From the NCBI GenBank assembly GCA_025054525.1, contig JANWZJ010000002.1, positions 393 to 64,392 of the forward strand: DNA of 64,000 bases, written 5' to 3'. Below, piece after piece: positions 38,610 to 49,000 of the stretch; within the stretch, counting starts at the first letter, position 1; the number at the start of each line of letters is the position of its first letter. Both the position numbers and the translations under genes were made by a program. The notes beneath the pieces are model-generated. The model had not been told where the DNA came from and ran no database searches. It saw only the letters and a program-made list of their open reading frames with translations. This DNA is from Bacteroidia bacterium. Lineage in GTDB: Bacteria > Bacteroidota > Bacteroidia > SpSt-205.

Positions 38610-39112
38610 ATCTCTATGATCTTGATGTCAGTAGCACCAGTTTTACGAAAAACCTCCTGAGCCCGATCCCATGCGCTTTCTTCGGCAATCGCCACGACCA
38701 TCGCGTCATCTGTCTGACGCACATCATATACTTTAGCTTTTCTACCAGGATAAAGGCGATTGACGAATAGATAGGAGAAAAACATAAGCACTCCTGCAAA
38801 AAGCACGGTAAGCTCAAAGGTTACGGGAATAAAGCTCGGAAAAGGCAAGAAGGATTTCCCCCCTATATTGACACGCCAATCTATGTTATACATGTAGGTC
38901 TGCATGCTGAGAGCCGTGAGCGTACCCATCGCTCCATACACGAAGGCTGCGTCGGGCAAGCGAGATTTGCGCAGATGAAGAGCAGAGTCCAGACCATGTA
39001 CAGGAAAGGGCGTGCATACTTCATGGATAGGCACTTTCTCTCGCTGGAGAGCTTCCACACCTACAAGTAACTTCTCCTCATCTTCATATAGCCCGATAAG
39101 GTACTTCGCCAT
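38606..39112 (-). CDS. actD: Alternative complex III subunit ActD.
   Basis: At about 168 aa it is a membrane-associated protein between actC and actE, consistent with ActD. Confidence 0.6.
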   Translation of the reverse strand: MAKYLIGLYEDEEKLLVGVEALQREKVPIHEVCTPFPVHGLDSALHLRKSRLPDAAFVYGAMGTLTALSMQTYMYNIDWRVNIGGKSFLPFPSFIPVTFELTVLFAGVLMFFSYLFVNRLYPGRKAKVYDVRQTDDAMVVAIAEESAWDRAQEVFRKTGATDIKIIEI

Positions 39113-39118
39113 AGACTA

Positions 39119-40573
39119 TCAAGTTGTAGAGGATTCAGGGTTCATGGCAGGTTGAAGCACGGGAGCGAAAGCACCCTCCCGCTTTTTAGCTTGATAGGTT
39201 TCCCAGGAGAGTCCTGCATATTGATCGCCCGAAGTCTTGAGAATGCTCTTTGTTTCAGCGGCTGCGATTACAGGCAGGAATCGCGCAAACAAGAGATACA
39301 GCGTGAGGAATAGCCCAAAGCTGCCTACCAATATCGTAACCTCCACCCAAGTAGGCGTGTACATGCGCCAAGAAGAAGCCAAAAAATCGCGATGTAGCGA
39401 GGTTACGATAATCACAAAGCGCTCAAACCACATGCCGATATTCACGAAGATAGAGATGACAAAAACGAACCATGGACTGCGACGCAGCTTTTTGAACCAG
39501 AAGACCTGGGGGATAAAGAGATTACAAGTTACCATAGCCCAGTAGGACCACCAGTAAGGACCGAAGGCTCGGTTTAGGAAGATGTAGCGCTCCCAGTAAG
39601 AGCCAGAATACCACGCAATAAAAAACTCCGTAGCATAGGCAAAGCCCACCATCATACCGGTAGCCAAGGTTACTTTTGCCATGGCGTCTATGTGCTCCAG
39701 AGTGATGTAATCCTTGAGGTCAAGCACTTCTCGGGTAATGATCATGAGTGTGAGCACCATTCCGAAGCCGGAGAAAATAGCGCCTGCCACGAAGTAAGGA
39801 GGAAAAATGGTAGTGTGCCACCCAGGTAGGATAGAGGTGGCAAAGTCAAAACTCACGATAGAGTGCACGGAAAGCACCAGCGGCGTAGAGAGCCCTGCCA
39901 GTACCAGAGATACCGCTTCAAATCGTTGCCATTGTTTGGCACTGCCGGTCCAGCCGAAAGAAAGGATACTATAAGCTATGTGGGCAAAGCTACCAGGGCG
40001 AGCCCTATCGCGCACCATCGCCAAATCAGGAATAAGGCCCGTATACCAAAAGAGCAAGGAGATGGTGAAGTAGGTGCTGATTGCGAAAACATCCCATAGC
40101 AGAGGAGAGTTGAAGTTGACCCAGAGGGAGCCGTGAGTGTTGGGCAGGGGCAAAAACCAGAACGCTAGCCATGGACGCCCCATGTGAATGATGGGAAAGA
40201 GCCCTGCACAAATAACTGCGAAAATCGTCATTGCTTCGGCAGCCCGATTAATCGCCATGCGCCAGCGCTGCCGGAAAAGCAAAAGAATTGCCGAGATAAG
40301 CGTACCCGCATGCCCGATACCTATCCAGAAAACGAAGTTCGTAATGTCAAAAGCCCAGCCTACGGTTTTGTTGAGGCCCCAAGTACCGATGCCTACCCAT
40401 ATGGTATAAGCTATCGCCGAAAACCCAGCAAACATGACGAGGGCCGTGAAACCCGTAGTGAGGTACCATTTCCAGCTGGCAGGTCCCAAGATGGGAGAGA
40501 CTAAGTCATCCGTGATTTTGCGGTAGGTTTTCCGCCCTGTGATAAGCGGTTCTCGTATAGGGCTCTCAAACAT
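39119..40573 (-). CDS. actC: Alternative complex III subunit ActC (NrfD-family quinol-interacting membrane subunit).
   Basis: About ten TM helices, polysulfide-reductase NrfD-like, following actB. Confidence 0.8.
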   Translation of the reverse strand: MFESPIREPLITGRKTYRKITDDLVSPILGPASWKWYLTTGFTALVMFAGFSAIAYTIWVGIGTWGLNKTVGWAFDITNFVFWIGIGHAGTLISAILLLFRQRWRMAINRAAEAMTIFAVICAGLFPIIHMGRPWLAFWFLPLPNTHGSLWVNFNSPLLWDVFAISTYFTISLLFWYTGLIPDLAMVRDRARPGSFAHIAYSILSFGWTGSAKQWQRFEAVSLVLAGLSTPLVLSVHSIVSFDFATSILPGWHTTIFPPYFVAGAIFSGFGMVLTLMIITREVLDLKDYITLEHIDAMAKVTLATGMMVGFAYATEFFIAWYSGSYWERYIFLNRAFGPYWWSYWAMVTCNLFIPQVFWFKKLRRSPWFVFVISIFVNIGMWFERFVIIVTSLHRDFLASSWRMYTPTWVEVTILVGSFGLFLTLYLLFARFLPVIAAAETKSILKTSGDQYAGLSWETYQAKKREGAFAPVLQPAMNPESSTT

Positions 40574-40575
40574 AG

Positions 40576-43500
40576 TTATGCGGGTTTAGGTTGTGAGATT
40601 TCTTCGTTGCGGACTTTGACCATATACCGGATGGAGGGGCGAACGTTGAGCTCAGCAAGTGCATAGTAGCCACGCGGTTCTTGGGAGAGGCGACTGACAA
40701 GGCTTTCGGGATCGTTGAGATCACCGAAGACAATAGCGCCAGTTGGGCATGCCTGCTGGCAAGCAGTTTTGACATCTCCCTCTTTCAGGGGACGCTGCTG
40801 CTTCTTTGCTTCCAGCTTAGCGGCTTGGATACGCTGCGTACAAAAGCTGCACTTCTCCATTACGCCCCGAGCCCGCACGGTTACGTCAGGATTAAGAACC
40901 ATGCGGCCCAACTCATCCACAGGATTGAAGACCCAGCTCTCCGAGTTAGTATAATCAAACCAGTTGAAGCGTCGTACCTTGTAAGGGCAGTTGTTAGCAC
41001 AATAGCGGGTACCTACGCAGCGGTTATAGACTTGTTGATTGATGCCTTCGGAGCTATGGGCTATAGCCAAAACAGGACAAACCGTCTCACAGGGGGCATG
41101 ATCACAGTGCTGACATAGCATAGGTTGGAAAAATGCCCGCGGAAAGTCTTCTGGGGATGCTGCGGGAAACTCTTCTGGTTTGCCTGTGTGCCCTACCGTG
41201 GAGGTAAAGTAGCGGTCAATCCGAATCCAGTGCATGTCCCGACCACGACGCATTTCGTCCCGACCTACGACAGGGATATTATTTTCGGCGACACAGGCCA
41301 CTACGCAAGCCCCACAACCTATGCACAGATTGAGGTCAATCGCCATGCCCCAACGGTGTCCAGGTTGTGGGTGCTCTATCCACCACAGATTGATAAGTTC
41401 AGGCTCTTCGTGATTGCCGGCACGAGGATTTTGCTTATAGGCGCTGAGCGTCGTCTCCCGAATATACTCCCGTCCTACATAGGTCTCCCACTGCTGGATT
41501 CGAGCCAGCTCATAGGTACCACCTGTTTTTTGAAGTTGTATAGCAGGTAGGAAACTTATGCGATTACCAGATTCAGTTATTTGGAGGAAAGGGTAAATGT
41601 TTTGTCCAACCCCCACGGCTGCTCGTCCACCTGTTGTGCGGCCGTACCCCATCGCCACCCCTATGGTGCGGGGCGCCGTTCCCGGCAAAACATACACGGG
41701 TAGCTCTACCGACTTATCTCCTGCCGTAATCCGAATGACATCATTCGTCTTGAGTCCCTGCTCGCGTGCCAAAAGCGGAGAGATGACGGCATAGTTATCC
41801 CAAGCCACACGAGATACAGGGTCTGGCATCTCTTGAAGCCAGGGATTACCCGCATTCGTGCCGTCGCCTATGGCCACTTTCTCATAGACGTACAAGGTTA
41901 GAGGCACTTCATCCTCCATAGAAGGAAGCTGAGCAGCCCACTGAACAGGGTTCCAGTTTGCTTTGGGAGCAGCCGAGACGGAGGTCATATCCACTACACC
42001 TCTCTCCAGAGCATGCAGCCAGAATGTCTCAGCGTTATCAGTAGGCAGAGGAGGCTCAGTGGATACCCAGAAAGCCTGCTGCTTGCCTTTCTCCTTGTCT
42101 CGGAGGTAGGCCTGGTAGGCAGGGTACACAGACTTTTCCCAGAAAGCCTTCAGATAATCCAGTGTGCTCTCACCGCGCCCAAGCCATGCCAAGAGTATCT
42201 CTGCAAAAGAACGAGTGGAAAATATGCGGGCAATTGTAGGCTGCTGCAGCGTAAATAAGCCTTCATAAGGTTGCGCATCTCCCCAGCTCTCTAAATAATG
42301 ATCCTCGGCTAAAATGTATTTGCAGCGCTTGGCTGTCTCATGAGCATGAGTAGAGATTGCGACAGTAATGGGGGATTTTTCTATCGCTTGTGCCACCCTA
42401 TCGCTCTGGGGATGATCATAGAGGGGATTAACCTGATGGAAAATAACAGCACCCACCTTACCTTCCTGCGCATCCTTAAGAAAGGTTTCAAAATCCGCAT
42501 CTTTTCCTGCACGCAAGTAGCAGCCTGGGTCTACATATAAGGTATTTCCGTAACTCTCTAAGAGCAAGTTGATACCTACGACTACAGCTTGAAGCACAGG
42601 GATTTGGGCATGGGCAACTACGAGTGCTTTGCCTCGGCTTTCCCAGAGCTTCTTGGCTACATGTGATATATCACCATTGGCCGTGTCCCATTTATCGCTG
42701 TTGAGTGAGGGCTGTCCAGCCAACTCAGCTATGCGATTATAGAGGTTGATGATGGCACGGCGCACCTCTTGGGGATTGAGCGCTATACGGCGGTCCGCAC
42801 TGAGTCCCGTAATCATGGGTACAGACTCAAACTGCACATGATAAGATATATCATTGCGCCCACCGTACAACTTGCGGTTCTCAGACCACTGACGCGCGAA
42901 AGTGGTGGGGTCTATCCATGTACCTAAAAAGTCAGCATTGAGCCCCACTACCACCTGCGCTTTATCAAAGCGGTAAGTAGGGAGTACCCTACGACCAAAA
43001 ACCGCCTCATGGGCACTCAAAATAGCATCATATGAAATGGCTGAGTACTCCACATGACGAGCATTTTTGAGGGAGCCCTGCCATGCTTGAATAAGACTGC
43101 GCAAACTGGGACTTACCACAGGAGGGGTTATGAGATAAATCAGCTTCCCTTGGGTATCCTGCGCCTTTAGCTGCTCCATTAGGGCACTTCCAAGTGCAGA
43201 CCAATCTGACTCTTTGCCTTCTATGAGTGGCTTTTGAAGCCGAGTGTGGTCATACAAGGAAAGAACAGAAGCCTGTCCCCGTGGATGAGTACCACCTCCT
43301 TGGGGCGAATAAGATGGGTTGCCTTCTATCTTAATAGGACGACCCTCCCGTACCTTGACAAGGACTGATTGAAAAATTTGACCATCAAAGTAGGAGGAGG
43401 CATAATACGTGGGTATCGTGGGAAGGTGTTCAGCTGGTTTTTTGACGTAAGGCAGCGCATACTTGACAGGGGTTTTTTCACATGCTGCTAATACCGCTGC

Positions 43501-43602
43501 ACTGAGCGTAATCCCACACCAGCGCAGGAAATCCCTGCGATCTCCTCGCAGGGATTCGGAGAGTAGCTCTTCTACAGGAATATCGCGAGAAAGCTCTTGC
43601 AT
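40576..43602 (-). CDS. actB: Alternative complex III subunit ActB (fused molybdopterin-oxidoreductase-like and 4Fe-4S ferredoxin-like domains), Tat-exported.
   Basis: Tat motif RRDFLRW, a large MopB-like domain, and C-terminal Cys clusters ([25 protein letters not shown], CxxCxxRIQ). 1008 aa. Confidence 0.85.
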   Translation of the reverse strand: MQELSRDIPVEELLSESLRGDRRDFLRWCGITLSAAVLAACEKTPVKYALPYVKKPAEHLPTIPTYYASSYFDGQIFQSVLVKVREGRPIKIEGNPSYSPQGGGTHPRGQASVLSLYDHTRLQKPLIEGKESDWSALGSALMEQLKAQDTQGKLIYLITPPVVSPSLRSLIQAWQGSLKNARHVEYSAISYDAILSAHEAVFGRRVLPTYRFDKAQVVVGLNADFLGTWIDPTTFARQWSENRKLYGGRNDISYHVQFESVPMITGLSADRRIALNPQEVRRAIINLYNRIAELAGQPSLNSDKWDTANGDISHVAKKLWESRGKALVVAHAQIPVLQAVVVGINLLLESYGNTLYVDPGCYLRAGKDADFETFLKDAQEGKVGAVIFHQVNPLYDHPQSDRVAQAIEKSPITVAISTHAHETAKRCKYILAEDHYLESWGDAQPYEGLFTLQQPTIARIFSTRSFAEILLAWLGRGESTLDYLKAFWEKSVYPAYQAYLRDKEKGKQQAFWVSTEPPLPTDNAETFWLHALERGVVDMTSVSAAPKANWNPVQWAAQLPSMEDEVPLTLYVYEKVAIGDGTNAGNPWLQEMPDPVSRVAWDNYAVISPLLAREQGLKTNDVIRITAGDKSVELPVYVLPGTAPRTIGVAMGYGRTTGGRAAVGVGQNIYPFLQITESGNRISFLPAIQLQKTGGTYELARIQQWETYVGREYIRETTLSAYKQNPRAGNHEEPELINLWWIEHPQPGHRWGMAIDLNLCIGCGACVVACVAENNIPVVGRDEMRRGRDMHWIRIDRYFTSTVGHTGKPEEFPAASPEDFPRAFFQPMLCQHCDHAPCETVCPVLAIAHSSEGINQQVYNRCVGTRYCANNCPYKVRRFNWFDYTNSESWVFNPVDELGRMVLNPDVTVRARGVMEKCSFCTQRIQAAKLEAKKQQRPLKEGDVKTACQQACPTGAIVFGDLNDPESLVSRLSQEPRGYYALAELNVRPSIRYMVKVRNEEISQPKPA

Positions 43603-43603
43603 C

Positions 43604-44782
43604 TTAGTAATGACATTTGGAACATTCTAGTCCGCCCAACTTTTCCACAGTTACCTCTTTCTCCTTGTAGTAAGCATGAAGCCGTGCATAGTAGGGATTA
43701 GCTGTTAAGTCCACTTTTGTTTGGCGATGGCAGTTGATACACCAACCCATGCTTAGGTCGTTATATTGATACACCTCTTCCATTTCTTCTACAGGTCCGT
43801 GGCAAGTCTGACAAGCTATACCTCCTACCTTCACATGCTGGGCATGACTGAAATACACATAATCAGGCAGGTTGTGAATCCGAACCCATTCTATGGGCTT
43901 GTTTTCTTGATAAGAAGCTAAGATTTTGCCTATTTCCTTATTCCCATAGCGGGAACCCTCTTGAATGTAAGTGTGGCAGTTCATGCATATGTTGGTGGAG
44001 GGGAAAGTAGCCGACTTCCCCTTCTCTACTCCGATATGGCAGTATTGGCAAGCGATTTTGTATTCGCCAGCGTGAGTCTTATGAGAGAAGGCAATGGGCT
44101 GTACGGGCTGATAGCCCTTATGAAGTCCTACGGAACGAGCCTTTTTGATAGTAGCACTACAGAACCAGAGAAAAGCCACAATCCCAGCTATTCCCCAGAA
44201 GCGAGGCGAAGCCATAAAGTTTCCGACCTGCTGGAATATACCTCGTTCCGAGGACTCTTCTTTTTCAGGGCGCAACACCCGAGAAAGCGATAGCGTAGTG
44301 ATAAATAAAGCGATAGCGATAGCCCCCAGTGCTATAGTTAGCACCCATAATAGAGGGCTTGTATCGGAGGGGGCACTTCCGCCTGCTGAACCCGCACCGC
44401 CACCACCCGCAGCACCTGAAGCAGTGTTGGCAGTTTCTGCGGCTGCACTCTCTGCCTTGATGTAGTCCAAGATAGACTTAATCTCATTGGGGGAGAGCGC
44501 CGTGAATGCAGTCATCACGGCTTTATTGTACTCCTCGTATAGCTTCTTAGCATAGGCCGAATTTTTGAAGTTGCCGTTGATATAGGCTTGGGAATTCTGG
44601 ACAAACTTGATGATCTCTGCTTCATCCCCCCAGCGTTCATGGACGCCTTTGAGAGCGGGACCGACTACTCGTCTATTGACAGCGTGACAGGAAGCGCAAT
44701 TGGCCTGAAATAAGGCTTTTCCATCTTGTGCCCACAGGAGTAGCCCTAAACCGATGAGCGCCCTACGCATAGGCATTTTCAT
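43604..44782 (-). CDS. actA: Alternative complex III subunit ActA (pentahaem cytochrome c) with an additional N-terminal monohaem class-I cytochrome c domain.
   Basis: Six CxxCH motifs: CASCH in the N-terminal domain, then CQYCH, CMNCH, CQTCH, CINCH and CSKCH. A signal peptide, a Gly/Ala-rich linker and one TM helix separate the two parts. Confidence 0.8.
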   Translation of the reverse strand: MKMPMRRALIGLGLLLWAQDGKALFQANCASCHAVNRRVVGPALKGVHERWGDEAEIIKFVQNSQAYINGNFKNSAYAKKLYEEYNKAVMTAFTALSPNEIKSILDYIKAESAAAETANTASGAAGGGGAGSAGGSAPSDTSPLLWVLTIALGAIAIALFITTLSLSRVLRPEKEESSERGIFQQVGNFMASPRFWGIAGIVAFLWFCSATIKKARSVGLHKGYQPVQPIAFSHKTHAGEYKIACQYCHIGVEKGKSATFPSTNICMNCHTYIQEGSRYGNKEIGKILASYQENKPIEWVRIHNLPDYVYFSHAQHVKVGGIACQTCHGPVEEMEEVYQYNDLSMGWCINCHRQTKVDLTANPYYARLHAYYKEKEVTVEKLGGLECSKCHY

Positions 44783-44801
44783 TTAGCTATGAAAACTAAT
44801 A

Positions 44802-44809
44802 CAAAGGTA
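44802..44809 (-). promoter_or_regulatory. Candidate Bacteroidetes sigma-A -7 element (TAnnTTTG) for the act operon.
   Basis: The minus-strand sequence TACCTTTG lies about 20 nt upstream of the actA start codon, with a TTG about 22 nt further upstream. The motif is short and occurs by chance elsewhere, so only its position supports the call. Confidence 0.3.
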
Positions 44810-44817
44810 ATGGAGTT

Positions 44818-45468
44818 TCATTTACGCGGAACAAGTGCCCTTAGAGAGTCTATCTGTTTCTGAAGGCTAATGACATAGAGAGTAAGCTCCTCTACCTTCT
44901 GCAAGAGAGCAGCTTGCGTGGTAAGAAGGGGTACTCCCGATTTGTTTATCTCTTCCCCAGAAGGCATCCCAGGCAAATGGCGATGACGCTGAATATACTG
45001 CTCTACCTCATAAAGAGAGCGCAACTCATATCCCGGAGCGAATACATAATCTGGCCAGCGTAGATTTTTGTCCTTAGCGTAAATCTCGGTGACAGTAATG
45101 GGAGCCTGAAACTCAAAGGGTGCGGAGACTATACCTCTACCATCTCCATAGATAATAAACCTATCGTAATAAGCATCATCCACTTTTTGGACGACGGCGA
45201 TGGCTTTGGTGGTCTGGGCTTTTTCACCTCCTATGGTAGCCTGCAAAGCATAACTCCATTCCTGATTAGGCTCATAGCTCACAAATAAGCCTCCCCTGCC
45301 AGTTCCCAAGCCGACTTGTAGAGGTTCTCTGAGGATATAGGATTTCTGTTCGGGGTCATACTCTAAGTTACTCGAGCAGCATGCGTTGATTGCTACAGAG
45401 GACAGTACAAATACGGCGCTACGCATCACTGCTTTGTGCATGCCGCAAATATACGAGCTTCGCAGCAT
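44818..45468 (-). CDS. Small signal-peptide/lipoprotein-like protein with a C-terminal Peptidase_S74 (chaperone-of-endosialidase / tail-fibre) domain. The start is probably the internal Met at 45426.
   Basis: The C-terminal block WPDYVFAPGYELRSLYEVEQYIQRHRHLPGMPSGEEINKSGVPLLTTQAALLQKVEELTLYVISLQKQIDSL matches the conserved intramolecular-chaperone domain of the Bacteroidetes tail-fibre-domain proteins. The N-terminus MRSAVFVLSSVAINAC is signal/lipobox-like. Confidence 0.55.
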   Translation of the reverse strand: MLRSSYICGMHKAVMRSAVFVLSSVAINACCSSNLEYDPEQKSYILREPLQVGLGTGRGGLFVSYEPNQEWSYALQATIGGEKAQTTKAIAVVQKVDDAYYDRFIIYGDGRGIVSAPFEFQAPITVTEIYAKDKNLRWPDYVFAPGYELRSLYEVEQYIQRHRHLPGMPSGEEINKSGVPLLTTQAALLQKVEELTLYVISLQKQIDSLRALVPRK

Positions 45469-47950
45469 GGGAAAGGCACTTATCCTCTGGCTGCAGTTCG
45501 GGTCTTTTCCCTTTGCCTACAGAGAAGATGTGCAAGAGATACGACTTTTCCCTGACTACGGGGAAGGTGTGTGGATAGGGTGTCGCACCTTGAGACAGAC
45601 ACGCAGCGGGGTCTTTATCTACTATGTAGATGCAGTGGGCAACTGGCTCTTTGGAAAAGCTGGTATTTGCCTGTCTTGTCGCGACTCCGCCTCGGTCATA
45701 CGATGGGACGCCGTAGCAGGAGAAAAAAACTTACTGTACGCAGTGAGGCAGACCCGTCATACTATTCGGCTAAGCGCTATAGAAAGGACAGGCAAGCTCC
45801 ACTGGGAACACACCTTACCTGCAGAAGAAGGAGAGTTTCGGCTTTTAGCACATCCAAGCGGGGGCATTTTACTGCTTCAAGCCTCTGAGAAACAACTTAG
45901 CCTCAAAAGCTGGGACAAACAAGGCGCCCTTCGGTATAACGTGGATGGGATAGTCTCCGAACGGATGAAGAGACATCCGCTTCTGCTATCTGTAAACTTA
46001 GAAGGGTTCTTTCTCCTATGGGAAGAGTTTGACGGGACGAAATGGCAGGCCGTTTTGCAGAAATGGTCATGGGAGGGCAAAGCCTTAGCAGCCCCTACCC
46101 CCCTTTCCGGCTTTGCCCACAGTGTAGAAAGAGCCCAGTTTATCAGCGATGGCTTCGGAGGGGTGCTCGGGGTATATGAAGCCACTTCCTTATACGGCGC
46201 TGGAAAGGATTTACACTTCGTCCGATATAGCCGAAGCGGACAACGAATCGTGGAAACGCCAATCTGTACAGAAGCGGGAGACCAGCAAAACCCTCGCCTA
46301 TATAAACGAGGCACAGAGCTTCTGGTCACCTGGGAAGACAATCGGCAACAAGATTGGGATATTTATTTCCAACGGTTAGATATTCGTACAGGGCAAGCCC
46401 TCCTCCCTAATCAGGGCACGCCACTGGTACGCCTGCCAGGCGTACAGGAGTCGCCTGAACTGCTCTTGGACTATTTCCAAAACGAAAGTATAGTAGCTTG
46501 GGTAGATTATAGGCATCTGCAAGGTGATTTATACATGCAGAGGGTTTCTGCGGAGGGGAAGCCACTTTGGGAGTTTGCGGGGCGCCCCTTAGTAGCGAAC
46601 CCTTACCAGCAAAAGAAGCTACAAAGTGCCCCTCATGATTTGAGACACTTCTGGATAGCCTACGCTGAAGAGCATCCTTATGAAGGAACGCATGCCTGGG
46701 TAATACTACTTTCGGTAGAAGGGAAAGAGCTCTTTCGGCGAAGGCTTGGCGGCAATACCCAGACCAGCACCCCAACTATTGGCGAAATAACCTGCCAGCC
46801 TTGGAAAGAAGGGAAATTAGTGGTATGGACGGAAGACCGAGACTCGGCGGGTCTATTCCAGTTATATGCCCAGTATTTGAAAGCCAAAGGAGAGCCTCAG
46901 TGGTTACCAATGGGATTGCCCTTGGCTCCCCAGCCCCAACTCCACCAAAAAGAGCCTCTCTTAGCGACTCGGGGGGATACCGCTTGGATTCTATGGAAAG
47001 GAGAAGAGTCAGAAGTGGAAAGCGACCTCTTTGCCCAAGCGATTACGGTGGAGGGTAATCGCTTATTCCTGCCTAATCCTCTCCCCGTATGCATAGCTGA
47101 TAGGGTACAACATGAAGCGCGCTGGCTCTCCAGTTCTTCCGCCCTATATGCCTATTGGAGCGATAGCCGCAGCATGGAGGAAACGGGCTTTGACCTGTAT
47201 CTGCGCAAAATCGTACCGTTAGCGCCTGAGCAAGGCTGGCAAACTCGTCTCGGCTTTCAGAACACCTCTTATCTCCTGTCTGCAAAAGCAGAGTATTATC
47301 ATCATTTCTGGCAAGAGGAGGAGGGAAGGCGCTATCGCATTTTCTACGGGAGAGGTCGGGTGGGAGAACCCTATCCTGTTCAGGCGCTCATTCCTAATGG
47401 AGGGGCACAGCGCTTCCTGCATGCAGAAGTACATCCTCAAGGGTATGCTTATGCTGCTTTCTGCGAAGAGTCGCCAGGTCCGTATCAGCAAGCCGTACAC
47501 TGCTGGGTCATAGACCCAGAAGGTAGAGTAGCTGCCCATTTTCGCTCGCCGCTGGGACATACGCATCACCTCTATCCCCGGGTATTCTTGCTTTCTGATC
47601 AGGAAGTCGCCTTCACCGCCATAGCACAAAGCAAAACTGGCAGCTGGGAACTCCTTTATCTAACTGTCTCCCCCTCAGGAGAACTCCGGGAAAAAGGCAT
47701 CCTCCTCTCCCCCATTCCTGAAAAATGCCAGTGGCACCTCCTCAAAGACGCTTCGGGCTACTGGCTCTTCCTACAAGCAGGAGATACCCTCTGGGTTTAT
47801 ACGGGAGAGAGGCTTTCTGCCCTGCATAGCCAGACCCGCCCCTTCATTACTCCCAAAGCATACCCAATCCTCTACGAGGGCCGCGCCCACCTCTTTTTGT
47901 GGGATAAATCCCAGCATCACTGGCAGCTTCTACCCCTTAGTAGGCAATAA
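45386..47950 (+). CDS. Large beta-propeller protein with divergent PD40/TolB-like repeats, of unknown function. The true start is possibly at 45440 or 45470 (MGKALILWLQFGSFPFA looks like a signal peptide).
   Basis: Recurring modules of the form W-[DE]-D/x-R…D-[IL]-Y-x-Q-R…G-x-PL, for example WEDNRQQDWDIYFQRL, WVDYRHLQGDLYMQRV, WTEDRDSAGLFQLYAQY, WSDSRSMEETGFDLYLRK. Confidence 0.45.
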   Translation: MIATEDSTNTALRITALCMPQIYELRSMGKALILWLQFGSFPFAYREDVQEIRLFPDYGEGVWIGCRTLRQTRSGVFIYYVDAVGNWLFGKAGICLSCRDSASVIRWDAVAGEKNLLYAVRQTRHTIRLSAIERTGKLHWEHTLPAEEGEFRLLAHPSGGILLLQASEKQLSLKSWDKQGALRYNVDGIVSERMKRHPLLLSVNLEGFFLLWEEFDGTKWQAVLQKWSWEGKALAAPTPLSGFAHSVERAQFISDGFGGVLGVYEATSLYGAGKDLHFVRYSRSGQRIVETPICTEAGDQQNPRLYKRGTELLVTWEDNRQQDWDIYFQRLDIRTGQALLPNQGTPLVRLPGVQESPELLLDYFQNESIVAWVDYRHLQGDLYMQRVSAEGKPLWEFAGRPLVANPYQQKKLQSAPHDLRHFWIAYAEEHPYEGTHAWVILLSVEGKELFRRRLGGNTQTSTPTIGEITCQPWKEGKLVVWTEDRDSAGLFQLYAQYLKAKGEPQWLPMGLPLAPQPQLHQKEPLLATRGDTAWILWKGEESEVESDLFAQAITVEGNRLFLPNPLPVCIADRVQHEARWLSSSSALYAYWSDSRSMEETGFDLYLRKIVPLAPEQGWQTRLGFQNTSYLLSAKAEYYHHFWQEEEGRRYRIFYGRGRVGEPYPVQALIPNGGAQRFLHAEVHPQGYAYAAFCEESPGPYQQAVHCWVIDPEGRVAAHFRSPLGHTHHLYPRVFLLSDQEVAFTAIAQSKTGSWELLYLTVSPSGELREKGILLSPIPEKCQWHLLKDASGYWLFLQAGDTLWVYTGERLSALHSQTRPFITPKAYPILYEGRAHLFLWDKSQHHWQLLPLSRQ

Positions 47951-47954
47951 GAAA

Positions 47955-47988
47955 GGGGAAGAGCCCTTTAGCTCTTCCCCCTTTTTCT
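47955..47988 (+). terminator. Bidirectional Rho-independent terminator between convergent genes.
   Basis: Perfect 10-bp stem GGGGAAGAGC / GCTCTTCCCC with a 6-nt loop, followed by TTTTT on the plus strand and a T-rich tract on the minus strand. Confidence 0.6.
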
Positions 47989-48009
47989 GGAAAGAATATC
48001 TATGTGGAG

Positions 48010-48972
48010 CTATTCCGCTATGACGAGGCGCTGCATGAGCGCACCTTGCCTATCCTCTATAAATACCATGTAGAAGCCTGCGGGCAGGCGGAGCGCGTGG
48101 GTGTGCTCACCTACAGGGAACTCATTCGTGTAGACATATACTTCTTGCCCAGCTGCATTCACGACACGCAGTGTGAGCTTTCCAGGCATAGTTACCGAGA
48201 AGAAGGCTTGCGTTTCTCCTATAGCAGGATTAGGAGCAAGGGTGAAGTGGCGAATGCTCTCTGGGGCACGGGCTAAAGAAGCGGAAAACTCCCGCATAGC
48301 ACACAGACCTGGGTCGGGAGGGTTCACCCCTACAAAAATGATATAGTTGAAGAAAGTATCAAGGTAGCTGCGTGTACCTGCAAAAATTGGAGCTAAATTG
48401 GTAGTGTCCTTGTTAGGTGCATCGCCCGCAAGTGGATTAGGCACAAAGGCTCGTACCTTGACCCTAAGTGTATCCTGCCCTGAAGTGGCTCCTGTCTTGA
48501 CACAAATCTGAGCGCATCCTATGGGTGGTGTAGCTCCCGGTGCACCCCCTGGATTCTGATAAACTACGAAGTTTGCTTGATCGGCAGCGTTACTGGAGTA
48601 CTGCTTACGCCGATGCATCTGGTGGAAGCGTATCCCGCCCTGCGCCGGATTAGAGGAGTTATAGGCGAATGGAGAGCCGTCGCGGTTAGTGAATAACCCT
48701 AGGACAAGCCGCAGCGAGTCCACCCATACTGCGTAGTTAGGATATATCAGGGTGCCTCCCGACCTACTAGAGTCTGGGAAGCTAAAATAGACGACAAAGC
48801 TTGTGTCTTTATTCGTAGGAAGGCACACGACCTGCGGGTTGAACCCAAAGGGGCGAGGGCTTCGGTCTGCGCGGGGCGTACATTCATTACATTGTGCCCT
48901 AACCAGAGAAGGCACAAGGAGTACGGATAGGATAATCCATGCGTATCTCATATCAGTACAAATATACAGCAA
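48010..48972 (-). CDS. Secreted T9SS cargo protein (type-A CTD) of unknown function.
   Basis: N-terminal signal MRYAWIILSVLLVPSLVRAQ. The C-terminal roughly 75 aa (…LAPNPAIGETQAFFSV…GFYMVFIEDRQGALMQRLVIAE) matches the Por sorting domain. Confidence 0.55.
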   Translation of the reverse strand: MLYICTDMRYAWIILSVLLVPSLVRAQCNECTPRADRSPRPFGFNPQVVCLPTNKDTSFVVYFSFPDSSRSGGTLIYPNYAVWVDSLRLVLGLFTNRDGSPFAYNSSNPAQGGIRFHQMHRRKQYSSNAADQANFVVYQNPGGAPGATPPIGCAQICVKTGATSGQDTLRVKVRAFVPNPLAGDAPNKDTTNLAPIFAGTRSYLDTFFNYIIFVGVNPPDPGLCAMREFSASLARAPESIRHFTLAPNPAIGETQAFFSVTMPGKLTLRVVNAAGQEVYVYTNEFPVGEHTHALRLPAGFYMVFIEDRQGALMQRLVIAE

Positions 48973-49000
48973 AACGCATAAATAATTCTACCTTTGGGTC

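Noticed and set aside
45877-47629. Several 60-150-aa ORFs antisense to or out of frame within the 854-aa beta-propeller gene.
   Set aside because: They are all contained within the long, repeat-supported sense ORF and show no independent features. They are spurious.
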